DNA of 63,885 nucleotides, the filler included, from Octopus bimaculoides (Eukaryota): NCBI RefSeq assembly GCF_001194135.2. It is 7 parts of 6 records of this genome, joined end to end, with 100 filler letters (N's around TTAATTAATTAA, not from the genome) between each part and the next. Parts side by side here need not be neighbours in the genome. Positions count along the whole stretch, not along the records: positions 1 to 8,449 come from NC_068988.1; positions 8,550 to 21,811 come from NC_068982.1; 5 more parts are not named here. One strand, written 5' to 3'. This document shows, in pieces, positions 1-10,956 of the stretch. How positions within the stretch are numbered: position 1 is the stretch's first letter; each line of letters opens with the position of its first letter. Both the position numbers and the translations under genes were made by a program. The notes beneath the pieces were generated by a model, which saw only the letters and a list, made by a program, of their open reading frames with translations, was not told the origin of the DNA and did not search any database.

Positions 1-20
1 ACACACACACACACACACAC

Positions 21-350
21 ATGCTTACAACCACAGCGAAAAAGGTACTGGGTTGGGAACTTAAGAAAACCAGTCAACCCTAGATATCAGAGGATATCAG
101 TGGATATGTAGAACATGATGGATAAGAAACTCTCACTCAGAGCGGCACGTTTGCTTTTGGAGGAGAATGAACAGAGACACAGTACAACGCCAAGCCAGGA
201 GTGACAAGGTCTTCTGGTTAGAAAGACAGCTTTGAGATGTGGAAGAAGGTCTTTGCTATGGTAATTCCATAAAGGTCGATACATTCGGTTTACATCCCAA
301 TAAATTTGTTTGACCACTTAGAGAGAAAATAGACTGAATTTAACAAAACA
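21..350 (+). mobile_element. RTE-clade LINE fragment (linker between endonuclease and RT), decayed
   Basis: Frameshifted translation gives TAKKVLGWELKKTSQP*ISED and RMNRDTVQRQARSDKVFWLERQL*DVEEGLCYGNS. This resembles the RTE/BovB motifs 'A.EVLG...KKPWIS' and 'REVKRSARRDK..WLE..C..IE'. Confidence 0.7.
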
Positions 351-1906
351 AGAACTTTATATCAACAACAGTCTATAGTGTCTGTAGTCACTCCTAGACA
401 AATAATCTACTACGTATATTGGCCCTGGTAACATAGCAACCAAATAAACTCAAATTATATTCAACAATTTTTAAAGTTAGTTTGTTACTTGATATTAAAA
501 AAAAAATTAAGATTGACACGGGACAATTTTGATCATCAGTTTGTTCAGTCACAAGTCTTCTGTAACTTTGTTGTCGTTAGTCAAAATGTAATATATAGGA
601 CATTTGTCTTCAGACTAGACACGAAATAATAATAGTTTGGCTCCTACGACTATTACTTTATTCACTAGGTTACAACTCAAAGTTAATTAAAACTCAGAGT
701 TCGTACAACATTAACTGTCTAGTAAAGTTGGTACGGAATCTACCAAAAGAGACTAGGAATTAGTAAGAAGTCGCGTACAGTTCACTAGCTAAACCCTAAA
801 AACTTAATGATGGAATGTAACGGTTGCAAGTTTATACTTTTCAATATTAACATTTAATATTGTAATAAGTTATAAACTTTTATTTAATGAATGAAAATAG
901 CATTTGACATTTTGCAACTGTTTTATTGATTGAGTATCAGAAGAATCTATTCTCGTTGAACAATAATCTAAATATGTTTAATGATTTTTTGCAAGTGTTC
1001 TTAAAGACTTTTCTCGAGTATCAATACTTTTTAAACTTTTGCTAAGTAAATTTAGAGACTTGATCGAATGAATAAAATGTTGAACAATCAGCACTCAGGC
1101 CGTGAGCTCACATCTACAGACATTTCGTTGTATGTATCTCTCCGTTCACATAGTTGTCGCACCCTTGATCATAGGTTCGATCTGATAACGAAACCATTTC
1201 TAAAATGTAATTCTGCAGAGATGCAACTCTCCAGTAAGCCATTTTCCTTTGAAAAACTCTTGAAGTAATTGAAAAGTAAATAACTGTAGTGCTGTCTTCA
1301 TTCTTTTCTATCGCTAGATGTTGCGAGCGATTAAAAATGTGCGTGTGTGGTGGGTGTCTGAATGCATTTCACATTGTAAATCAGAAGGACTGAAATTCAT
1401 ATTAGAAGACTTAGCTGTAAAGGTAATATATAAAAATACAAGCACATTTATCTATGCTTTTGATGTGGTATAGAAAAGAACCCGAACCCAATATATATAT
1501 ATATATATGGTGTGTGTGCGTATGTGTGTACGTATGTAGATAGTTGCACACATGAAATGAGCGTACATGTTTTAGTGCGCGAGCGTATGGTCATTTTATT
1601 TATATATCTCTATGAGCAGTTGATTTGGTATATGTAATAATCGTTTAAATGGACCGTGTACTCAACTGGTATTTTATCGAGATTTGAACTTTGAACATAA
1701 ACATACCGCACCGTTTCAACTATCTAGCGCTCTCTTCTCAATAAAACAACAGTGATTACTAACAGAGGTTCATGGTCATATATTTGGGAAGAGTATAGAC
1801 GGTTGTAATATCTCCTGTAGACGAATGGTGCTTATTTTATTCATCCCAGAATGATAAGAAGTAAAAACGATGTCGGCGGCTCTTGAACTTAATATAACTA
1901 AATAAT

Positions 1907-2083
1907 CCCCTGAAATTTTAGGGAGTGGACAGTGTTTCACTAGTACTTAATTTATCAACCCCAAAAGAATGAAAGACAAAGTCGACCTCGGCGGAATTTG
2001 AACTCAGAACGTCTTTAAGGCGGACGAAATACCGTTAAGCGTTTTTCCCAGCGTGCTAACGATTGTGCCAGCTCGCCGCATTT
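1907..2083 (-). mobile_element. tRNA-derived SINE, family A
   Basis: Minus strand reads GCGGCGAGCTGGCACAATCGTTAGCAC...GAGTTCAAATTCCGCCGAGGTCGACTTTG (A/B-box head plus central domain). It is flanked by a 12-bp direct repeat TAACTAAATAAT (1895-1906, 2084-2095). Confidence 0.85.
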
Positions 2084-2506
2084 TAACTAAATAATGGAAG
2101 TTATTTTAGCTCACCATTTTGTAATAAGACTAAGGACAAAAAGGATATAAATGCGCNNNNNNNNNNNNNNNNNNNNNNNNNNNNNNNNNNNNNNNNNNNN
2201 NNNNNNNNNNNNNNNNNNNNNNNNNNNNNNNNNNNNNNNNNNNNNNNNNNNNNNNNNNNNNNNNNNNNNNNNNNNNNNNNNNNNNNNATTAGACCAAAAT
2301 ATTTCGTAACAAAATATTTTATAGCAAAATATAAAACATTTTAATTCAGCACACCTATATTGTCGGTGAGGTATGTTTCTTTTTACACGTACTTTTACAA
2401 ATGCTCATAGGAGCCAGCTACACATATGTACCCCACGCTCTCTTTCTCTTTCTCATCCTCTCACACATACGCGCGCGCTCACAGACACACAGACACAGAC
2501 ACACAG

Positions 2507-2544
<38 letters not shown>

Positions 2545-2970
2545 GATCAAACAAACAAGAACACACACTCAGGCACATTCAATTAACTTCGAGTTAATTA
2601 TTTAAAGTATTTTTGACGGTATTTTTCTAGTTTATAAATATTCAATACATGTTTATGTGTATATTTGTGTAGAGAGCTAGATAGCTTACTGTCCCACATA
2701 AACTGTTGTAATTGTGAATAGATAAGACACTAAAATGTAGTCAAAGGCACGGATGTACATTACTGCATGCTAGCATGATGTTGTGCTTTTATTTCTTTAC
2801 TTTCTAGACTGCACAAAAGCATGCACCTGCATCTATTTTGTATACATATATACACCTAAAAAAATATATAAAGTTAGTGAGTCATTCACATCTCTATGAA
2901 TATATTTCCATCAATTCCTACATACACGTATACAGACACACACGCAGACACATTAGTTATTCAATATATA

Positions 2971-3190
2971 AAGCCAGCGAAGTGACAAAATCCTTAGCAT
3001 CCGGGCAAAAAGCTCAGCGGCATTTCTTCCGGTTTTACGTTTTCAGTTCAAATCCCGCCGAGGTGGACTTTAATTTTCATCCTTCGGAGTCGAGAAATAA
3101 AGTGGCAATTATCTACATGGAGTCGATGTAATCGACTTGCTCCTCCCTTAAAATTGCTGGCTTTGTGCTAAAATATGAAACAATTATTAT
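2971..3190 (+). mobile_element. SINE family A, diverged copy
   Basis: Collinear similarity to the other family A copies (CAGTTCAAATCCCGCCGAGGTGGACTTT...CATCCTTCGGAGTCGA); ATTATT tail. Confidence 0.75.
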
Positions 3191-3420
3191 TCTACATGCA
3201 GCTTGCACTGTGGGACACTTACTTTATCAGCTGAAGATTGGAGATCGGAACAGCGTCTCTTCTCCCACAGTATCATGCAGTATTGATGCAACCAGGAAAT
3301 TCCCGGGTTGTATGGGCCCACGATGTGATGAACTTTCTCCTACGTCATCCGTGTCATGAAGTAAGTACAGGGGGTACGTTAGTGTAACGGTAACACGTTT
3401 GTAGGAATACATAGAGGTGT

Positions 3421-3626
3421 AAGGCGGCGAGCTGGCAGAAACGCCGGGTGAAATGCTTAGCAGTATTTCGTCTGTCTTTACGTTCTGAGTTCAAATTCCG
3501 CCGAGGTCGACTTTGCTTTTTATCCTTTCGGAATCGATAAATCAAGTACCAGTTGCGCACTGAGGTTGATCTAATCGACTGGCCGCCTCCCCAAAAATTT
3601 CGAGACTTGAGGTCTTGAGTAGAAAA
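3421..3626 (+). mobile_element. SINE family A with 16-bp TSD
   Basis: Starts AAGGCGGCGAGCTGGCAGAAACG and has the B box GAGTTCAAATTCC. GAATACATAGAGGTGT is duplicated at 3405-3420 and 3627-3642. Confidence 0.9.
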
Positions 3627-3769
3627 GAATACATAGAGGTGTGGATTCGAGTCCCATGTTACGGCAAACCCCACTATCTTCCGTCGAGGGCTTATACGCA
3701 TACGGAATGTTTGCTTACAAAGAACAACACTATGAAATTATAGTTCTTAAATTTGACGGAAAACAGTCA

Positions 3770-3847
3770 GGGATACGTTGGTGTAACGGTAGCACGCTTG
3801 TCACGAATACATAGAGGTGTGGATTTGAATTCCATGTTACGGCAAAC
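3770..3847 (+). pseudogene. tRNA-like element (tRNA pseudogene or SINE head); second copy at 3373-3670 is split by a SINE
   Basis: D-arm GTGT-AACGGTA-(A/G)CAC, T-arm GTGGA-TT(C/T)GA(G/A)T-(C/T)CCAT and A/B-box-like motifs are present. The anticodon and acceptor stems are imperfect, so it is not a functional tRNA. Confidence 0.6.
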
Positions 3848-3848
3848 A

Positions 3849-4025
3849 GGCGCAGGAGCAACTGTGTGGTAAGAAGCTTGCTTCCCAACCACATGGCTCT
3901 AGGTTCAGTCCCACTGCGTCTCACCTTGGGCAAGTGACTTCTACTATAGCCTCGGGCTGATCAAAGCCTTGTGAGTGAATTTGGTAGACGGAAACTGAAA
4001 AATGCCCTCGCACGCACGCACACAC

Positions 4026-4106
<81 letters not shown>

Positions 4107-4312
4107 NNNNNNNNNNTATATATATATATATTTATACACATAACCGATGTTGGTGTGTTTACGTCCCCGTAACATAGCGGCTCGGCAAAAGCGACCGATA
4201 GAATAAGTACTAGGCTCACAAAGAATAAGTACTGGGGTCGATTTGTTCGACTAAAGGCAGTGCTCCAGCATGGCTACAGTCAAATGACCGAAACAAGTAA
4301 AAGAATAAAAGA
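3849..4312 (+). mobile_element. tRNA-derived SINE family B with internal (TA)/(TG) microsatellite
   Basis: Head GGCGCAGG..TGTGTGGTAAG..GGTTCAGTCCCACTGCG, then a CORE-like CACCTTGGGCAAGTG, the internal microsatellite, and a conserved 3' part ending AAGTAAAAGAATAAAAGA. Repeated several times in the window. Confidence 0.85.
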
Positions 4313-4342
4313 ATACGTATATATAATAGTAATAATCCTTGC

Positions 4343-4637
4343 ATAGAATTTATCAATATTTCAATGCATCGCTATGCGCGTTTACACAAATCACATGTTT
4401 CTTAACACCATAGTCCATATTCCTAGGATGATTATAGTACAGTCCGTAGAAACCCTCAGTTAAGCATCCGTTAACGTCCTATCGTCTGAAGAAATTAATG
4501 CATGAGCATGACCTGCCCGATGTCCATAAATACTACGGACTATACCGTAATCATTCAAGGAATACGGACTACAGTCTTAAGAAACGTGATTTGTGGAAAT
4601 GCGCGTAGCGATACATTAAAATATTTATAAATTCTAT
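4343..4637. mobile_element. Fold-back element / MITE with ~107-bp imperfect terminal inverted repeats
   Basis: 4343-4449 is the reverse complement of 4533-4637 with scattered mismatches. TA dinucleotides lie at both ends. Confidence 0.75.
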
Positions 4638-4742
4638 CTAAGTTTATTTTTTAACCTGTGAAAGACACACGAGATGTTGAAATATCGTTCACTTGATAAC
4701 AATGGCACTCTTCTATATCTTCTGGAGGAGTTACCTCAGTCC

Positions 4743-4785
<43 letters not shown>

Positions 4786-4964
4786 ATTATTATTATTTAT
4801 CCTAATTATATCGGCACATCTCAGTGCGACCCCAAAAAGACTGGTATTGCCATTTGGCATCATTAGGCTGTAGCCGACATAATAAAATAAGAGCTTTTAT
4901 ATGCGTATTCAAACTGTATCCCGTAAACGAACTTAAAAGATATACAAATAATGATAATAATAAT

Positions 4965-5009
<45 letters not shown>

Positions 5010-5011
<2 letters not shown>

Positions 5012-5711
5012 AAATGTCCTTAAAGATGGATCTGACCCCTCGTGCAGAATTTGCAGAAAATTCACAGAGACAATTGATCATGTTTCTGGCTGCCCAGTCC
5101 TCGCTGAAAAGGAGTATCTCATAAAACATGTCAGACAAGGGCAGTACATCCACTGGAATGCTTGTAAATACTAAAAAATTAAATCCCATGATAAGTGGTA
5201 CAGGTACCATCCAGAGGATGTAGTAAATGGCGAGGGCGTCAACATCATTTGGAACTTCCCAATATAAACAGACAGAAAAATTGACTCCAAACGACCAGAC
5301 ATTGTGATCAAGGACTACAACAGAGGAACTTGTCTGTTAATAGATATGTCTGTCCCACAAGATCAAAGTGTCTCAAGAAAAGAATACGAAAAGCTTCCTC
5401 ACTATAAAGATCTGCAATCTGAAATCACAAAAATGTAGAAGCTTAGTACTACGATAATACCAATAGTAATTGGTACGTTGGGAATGATAGAGAGGGGAGC
5501 TGAAAAGTATATTAAGCAACTCCCTAGTAACTCCAGTTTCCGTGAACTACAAAAGATAACCTTGATGGGTACGGCCCTTATACTATGGAAAGCACTCACC
5601 ATCTAAAATGGAACAAATGTTGTGATAATTTTAGCATTTTAGTAAAACAAAAGTGCCCATGCTACTCTTGCTCTCCAGGGGATGCCCAGCACTAAGGCAG
5701 CTGAAATAAAG
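5010..5711 (+). mobile_element. R4/Dong-clade RLE non-LTR retrotransposon, 5'-truncated 3' end (CCHC knuckle + PD-(D/E)xK nuclease + 3'UTR)
   Basis: Translation: CRICRKFTETIDHVSGC...KRPDIVIKDYNRGTCLLIDMSVP...KEYEKLPHYKDL...IPIVIGTLG...LQKITLMGTALILWKALTI*, with internal stops. Confidence 0.9.
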
Positions 5712-5735
5712 TTATAATGAAAAGAAACCATAGTT

Positions 5736-6008
<273 letters not shown>

Positions 6009-6010
6009 TA

Positions 6011-7410
6011 CAGCTAGCAATTACAGATCAATCACTTGCTTACCATTAGTGTGGAAACTGTTAATAGGAATGCTTTCAGAAAGCATTTATGATCACCTTG
6101 ACAACCAGAATTTACTATCAGAAGAAAAGAAAGGTTGCAGGAACGCATGATTTATTACACATAGACAAAGCAGTTCCAAATGAAGTAAAAGCTATAAATT
6201 AAAATCTAACAACAGCATGGACAGATTACAAGAAAGCCTATGACATGATCTCACAATCATAGATAAGTGAATGTTTGAATATTTTCAGTATAGCAGACAA
6301 CATAAGAAAATTAATTAGCTTTAGCATGAAGAAATTGAAAGTAGATCTCTACTCAGGTAACACAGTTAATATCCAATTAGATTAATATCAAGAGAAGAAT
6401 TTTCCAATGAGATTTGTTAACTCCTTTAATATTTGTCATATGTTTGATCCCCCTCAGTTTAGTATTAAGGAAGGCAAAGGCAGGGTACCAGTTCAGAAAT
6501 AGTGAGGGAAAAATTAACCATTTGCTCTACATGGATGATTTGGAACTTTTTAGTAAGAATGAAAAAGAGACAGATTCCTTAATACAGACTGTAAGACTCT
6601 TCAGCAGAGATGTAGGTATGGAATTTGGCATAGAAAAGTGTGCAATATTAGTCATGAGGAGGAGACAGGTAGTCAACAGCGAAGGCATCCAATTACCAGA
6701 TGGCCAGACATTAAAATCATTGAAAGGAGGAGAGAGTTATAAATATCTTGGTGTATTAGAATCTGACAGAATACTAACTATAGAAATGAAAACGAAAATT
6801 GAGGAGTCCATCAGAAAGGTAATGAAGTCAAAGCTAATAAAGATAATGAAGTCAAAGCTAATAAAGATAATGAAGTCAAAGCTAAATGGTCCGAATCTAG
6901 TGAAGGTTGAAAATACTTGGGCAGTATCATTACTTAGATACTCAGCAGATTTTGTAGATTCGACAAAAACTGAATTAGCAAAGCTAGACAGAAAAACTAG
7001 GAAGGAATTCTATATGAATGGAGGACTCCATTCAAGGACAGGAGTACCAAGATTATACTTATCTAGAAAGGGAGGTGGAAGACTGCGTGGAGTTAGCTAG
7101 AGTAGATATAGACTCTTATGTAAGTAATTGTGAAGAAAGTTTGTTAATAGATGCTAGAGTCACAGCAAGACATTGGAAAACCAAAAAACAAAACCAAGTT
7201 TAGAACTAGAAAAAAGAACAAAAGTTATCTAACTGGCAGGAGAAGGCGTTGCATGGTAGATACCCAAAGATAGTTGCAACAAATAGTAGTAGTGAGACAT
7301 GGTTATGGTTGCAGAAAGGAAAGCTGAAAAGGGAGACAGAAAGTTTCTTAGTAGCAGCACAAGATAAAGCATTAAGGACTCATTGGATAAAACCCAAGAT
7401 AGACAAAAAC
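6011..7410 (+). pseudogene. R4/Dong-clade reverse transcriptase, disrupted
   Basis: NYRSITCLPLVWKLL, AWTDYKKAYDMI, PLIFVICLIPLS, INHLLYMDDLELF (YxDD), GMEFGIEKCA, YKYLG, ETESFLVAAQDKALRT. Several stops and frameshifts. Confidence 0.92.
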
Positions 7411-7641
7411 TATATATATATATATNNNNNNNNNNNNNNNNNNNNNNNNNNNNNNNNNNNNNNNNNNNNNNNNNNNNNNNNNNNNNNNNNNNNNNNNNNN
7501 NNNNNNNNNNNNNNNNNNNNNNNNNNNNNNNNNNNNNNNNNNNNNNNNNNNNNNNNNNNNNNNNNNNNNNNNNNNNNNNNNNNNNNNNNNNNNNNNNNNN
7601 NNNNNNNNNNNNNNNNNNNNNNNNNNNNNNNNNNNNNNNNN

Positions 7642-7822
7642 CCGCCTTTAGTCGAACAAATCAACCCCAAGACTTATTTTTTGTAAAACTAGTGCTTATT
7701 CTATCGGTCTCTTTTGCCGAACCGCTAAGTTACGGGGATGTAAATACCAGTATCGGTTGTCAAGCGATGGTGGGAGACAAACACAGACACACAAACACAC
7801 AAACACACACACACACACACAT

Positions 7823-7865
<43 letters not shown>

Positions 7866-7965
7866 CGACGGGCTTCTTTCAGTTTCCGTCTACCAAATCC
7901 ACTCACAAGGTTTTAGTCGGCCCGAGGCTATAGTAGAAGACACTTGCCCAAGGTGCCATGCAGTA
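7642..7965 (-). mobile_element. SINE family B (head truncated)
   Basis: Reverse complement of the family B body, including the internal (AC)/(AT) tract. Confidence 0.85.
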
Positions 7966-8345
7966 CCAGGCATAATATATAAAGTACCAAGCAAAAAACA
8001 TTAAATTCCTTAGTAAAACGTAAAGCTAAGGAAGGCAACACTTTTACTATGGCTTTGAAATATCTCACGGTCGCTTTACCTGCTAGAAATAGCAACCCAA
8101 ATGCTTTTAAAGCAGATCCCAATGCTGAATCTTAAAAAATCAAATGAAAGACAGTTTTTCAATCCTGGCATTATCCAGATTCCAAAAATCTATACTATGT
8201 TTATGTAGAGCAAATGTAGATTGAGATACAGGAGTCCCAGACGGACAGACAGAATTTCGCTTTTATTGATGTAGATATAACCATGGCTATGTGTGACTAA
8301 GGGTGCCGAAGCACCTACGTTACTAGGAATAAAAAGTTAAAATAC

Positions 8346-8377
<32 letters not shown>

Positions 8378-8398
8378 TATATTATATATGTATGTATG

Positions 8399-8449
<51 letters not shown>

Positions 8450-8493
8450 NNNNNNNNNNNNNNNNNNNNNNNNNNNNNNNNNNNNNNNNNNNN

Positions 8494-8505
8494 TTAATTA
8501 ATTAA
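8494..8505. other. Synthetic scaffolding linker TTAATTAATTAA inside a 100-nt gap (also 21856, 25506, 50006, 56891, 62391)
   Basis: Each is exactly 44 N + TTAATTAATTAA + 44 N; the 12-mer puts a stop in all six frames. Confidence 0.95.
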
Positions 8506-8549
8506 NNNNNNNNNNNNNNNNNNNNNNNNNNNNNNNNNNNNNNNNNNNN

Positions 8550-8620
<71 letters not shown>

Positions 8621-9739
8621 CATACGCACACACATATATACATACAAACATCATACATATACATTCAATAACATTAACGCATACATACACACATACATAC
8701 ATTCATACATATATATGTATGTGTGTGTGGGGGTGTGTATTAGTGTGTATTATAATATTCTTATATTCCAGGACGGCCATTTTTTTCTTGCTAAATAAAC
8801 ACATGCACTATATATTCGTTCTTCACTTGGAATGAACATATATAGTAAATGTAAAAAAAAGAAAAAAAGATGGAAATATAATATCGGTTTCAACACACGA
8901 TTTGAAATCATGAATCTTGCAAAACAAATTCATAAACGTATATATTATAAGTTTTAGTCATTGTTCCGTGCTTATGCTAGGGCACCTTCTTACACCATAA
9001 CATCAACCCCATCATTTCCATACGTCGAATAGCTATAGAATATTTAGAGGCGCAACAGTCATATGTACACACGGAAAGTGACAGAAGAGAAAACGCTCAC
9101 ATATAAATGTGTGTGTGTGTGTGTTGATATAAATACACGCATACATCTTATACAATGTCTGGCCAGAATATAATCGAACTTTTCAATAAGCACTCCAGCC
9201 ATCTGGCGCACTCTTCTTGTGACTGCAATGTTTTTGTTCAAGTGCTTTGACTGTCGTCTGTCTAATAATAGCCATATCACAACACGCCAGTTTGTCAGAA
9301 ACCAACATTTGCTAGAGAAGTGGTTCCCAACAAGTTTTTACTTATGAACCCCTTTGATCAGTATTTTACTCTGGTGGTCCTCCCACAGCCATTCGATGTT
9401 TGAACACTAGTTTTACAGATACTTCTTTCAGAATTTCTATTTTGTTTTTCACATACTAACTCGTGTAGGTTGAACTTTGTAAGACGTTAAAGAAAGGAAC
9501 CTAGCTGTTTCTTGCAATAAATACATATGAAGTAAATTTTTGCACGGGTCCTTAATATGCTACTGTGCATCCTCAGTTTACTATTTTGTTTGTTTGGACA
9601 CCCAAAAATCTTATATGGCTCCCCAGGTGTCGTATGAACTCAGGTTGAGAGTTCATACGTGCTAGAGTGACTGTTTGTGAACCAACGCGATTTGGTATAA
9701 GTTGGACAATGGGGGATTTGAAGGTAACTTTCTCTCTCT

Positions 9740-9774
<35 letters not shown>

Positions 9775-10096
9775 TTCACTTTCACTCTCTTTTTTCTTTT
9801 GGTGATTTTTGCAATGCTACAATAGACCTTGGTGAAAGATTGTTAGAGCCGTAAGCAATGTCATGCTGCTGCCCATAGTTAATTATTTCGCTAATAGTAA
9901 ATTAAAATAATCACAGTGTTTGATTGGTATATATTGTATTGAACATATATTGAGGAGAGTAAAGTTGATTTCATGTTTTTTTTATTTTTACAAATGGGAG
10001 CTAAATTCATTAATCGATTATTTTATATTTTAATGCCATAACATGGTCAAGAAGAGACAAAATACCGATGTAAAGTTAAAATACTGGGTGACCGGT

Positions 10097-10209
10097 CTCG
10101 TGTGTCAGTTCGTAGCGTCTACCTCATCGGTCTCTGCTGAAGAAGAGATAACCACTGAAATGCATGCATCTAACAGTCTGATTAGGGAACGCTGCGAACT
10201 GACTACGAG
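10097..10209 (+). ncRNA. Type I hammerhead-ribozyme-like motif in a long hairpin
   Basis: CTGAAGA (10137-10143), short stem II, GAAA (10157-10160), palindromic stem III ATGCATGCAT (10160-10169) and cleavage triplet ATC (C10170). These are enclosed by an imperfect ~40-bp stem I. Confidence 0.6.
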
Positions 10210-10912
10210 AGATTTTCTCTACGAGAGATTTTCTCTACGAGAGAATACAGTGAGTAACTTTCTTATGGATTCGAATATGCCTCAAGCATATTTGAACAAA
10301 ACAAGTTAATATGGATATGAAGTTAATCCTGCTAATAAAAAATATAAAAGGGAGAAAAGAAATGGAGAAAGAGAGAGAAAGTGAGGGAAAAAGAGAGAGA
10401 GTAAGTGAGAATGAGAGTGAGAGTGAGAGAGAGAGAGAGGGAGAGTGAGGGAAGCAAACGCGTGTATATATACTTGCATATCTAGACATGCTCATATATA
10501 TATATATATGTATGTCATTGTTCAGTTTTATTTCAATATTTCTTGCAAATTGAGAAAGAGCCGATTTCTAATCTAGATTTAAGGCTCCTTCATGGGAATT
10601 TCAACATCAATAACAGGATATTTTTGTTTATATGTATGTATGTATGTATGTATGTAGAATTGTATATTTGGCTTTATCCATGTATTGTCATGCATATAGT
10701 TGCATATCTAGACATGATCATATATATTTAAATGATAAACTTCTGGAAACTTTTATACAGAATTTTACAGTTCCGGTGATGGATTGGATATGTAGCGCAA
10801 AATAGTGCACTTAATGGTTCAAGAGTGTGTTATATATATATACTATTATTTGTTGACATCTTTAGAGAGTTAATTGTATTTCGATTCTAACAGAATCTGA
10901 CTACTAGTCAAC

Positions 10913-10956
<44 letters not shown>

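Noticed and set aside
10515-10620. Conserved non-coding or exon element shared with 26975-27085 (inverted)
   Set aside because: Two diverged copies embedded in microsatellite-rich context are better explained as an unclassified dispersed repeat.
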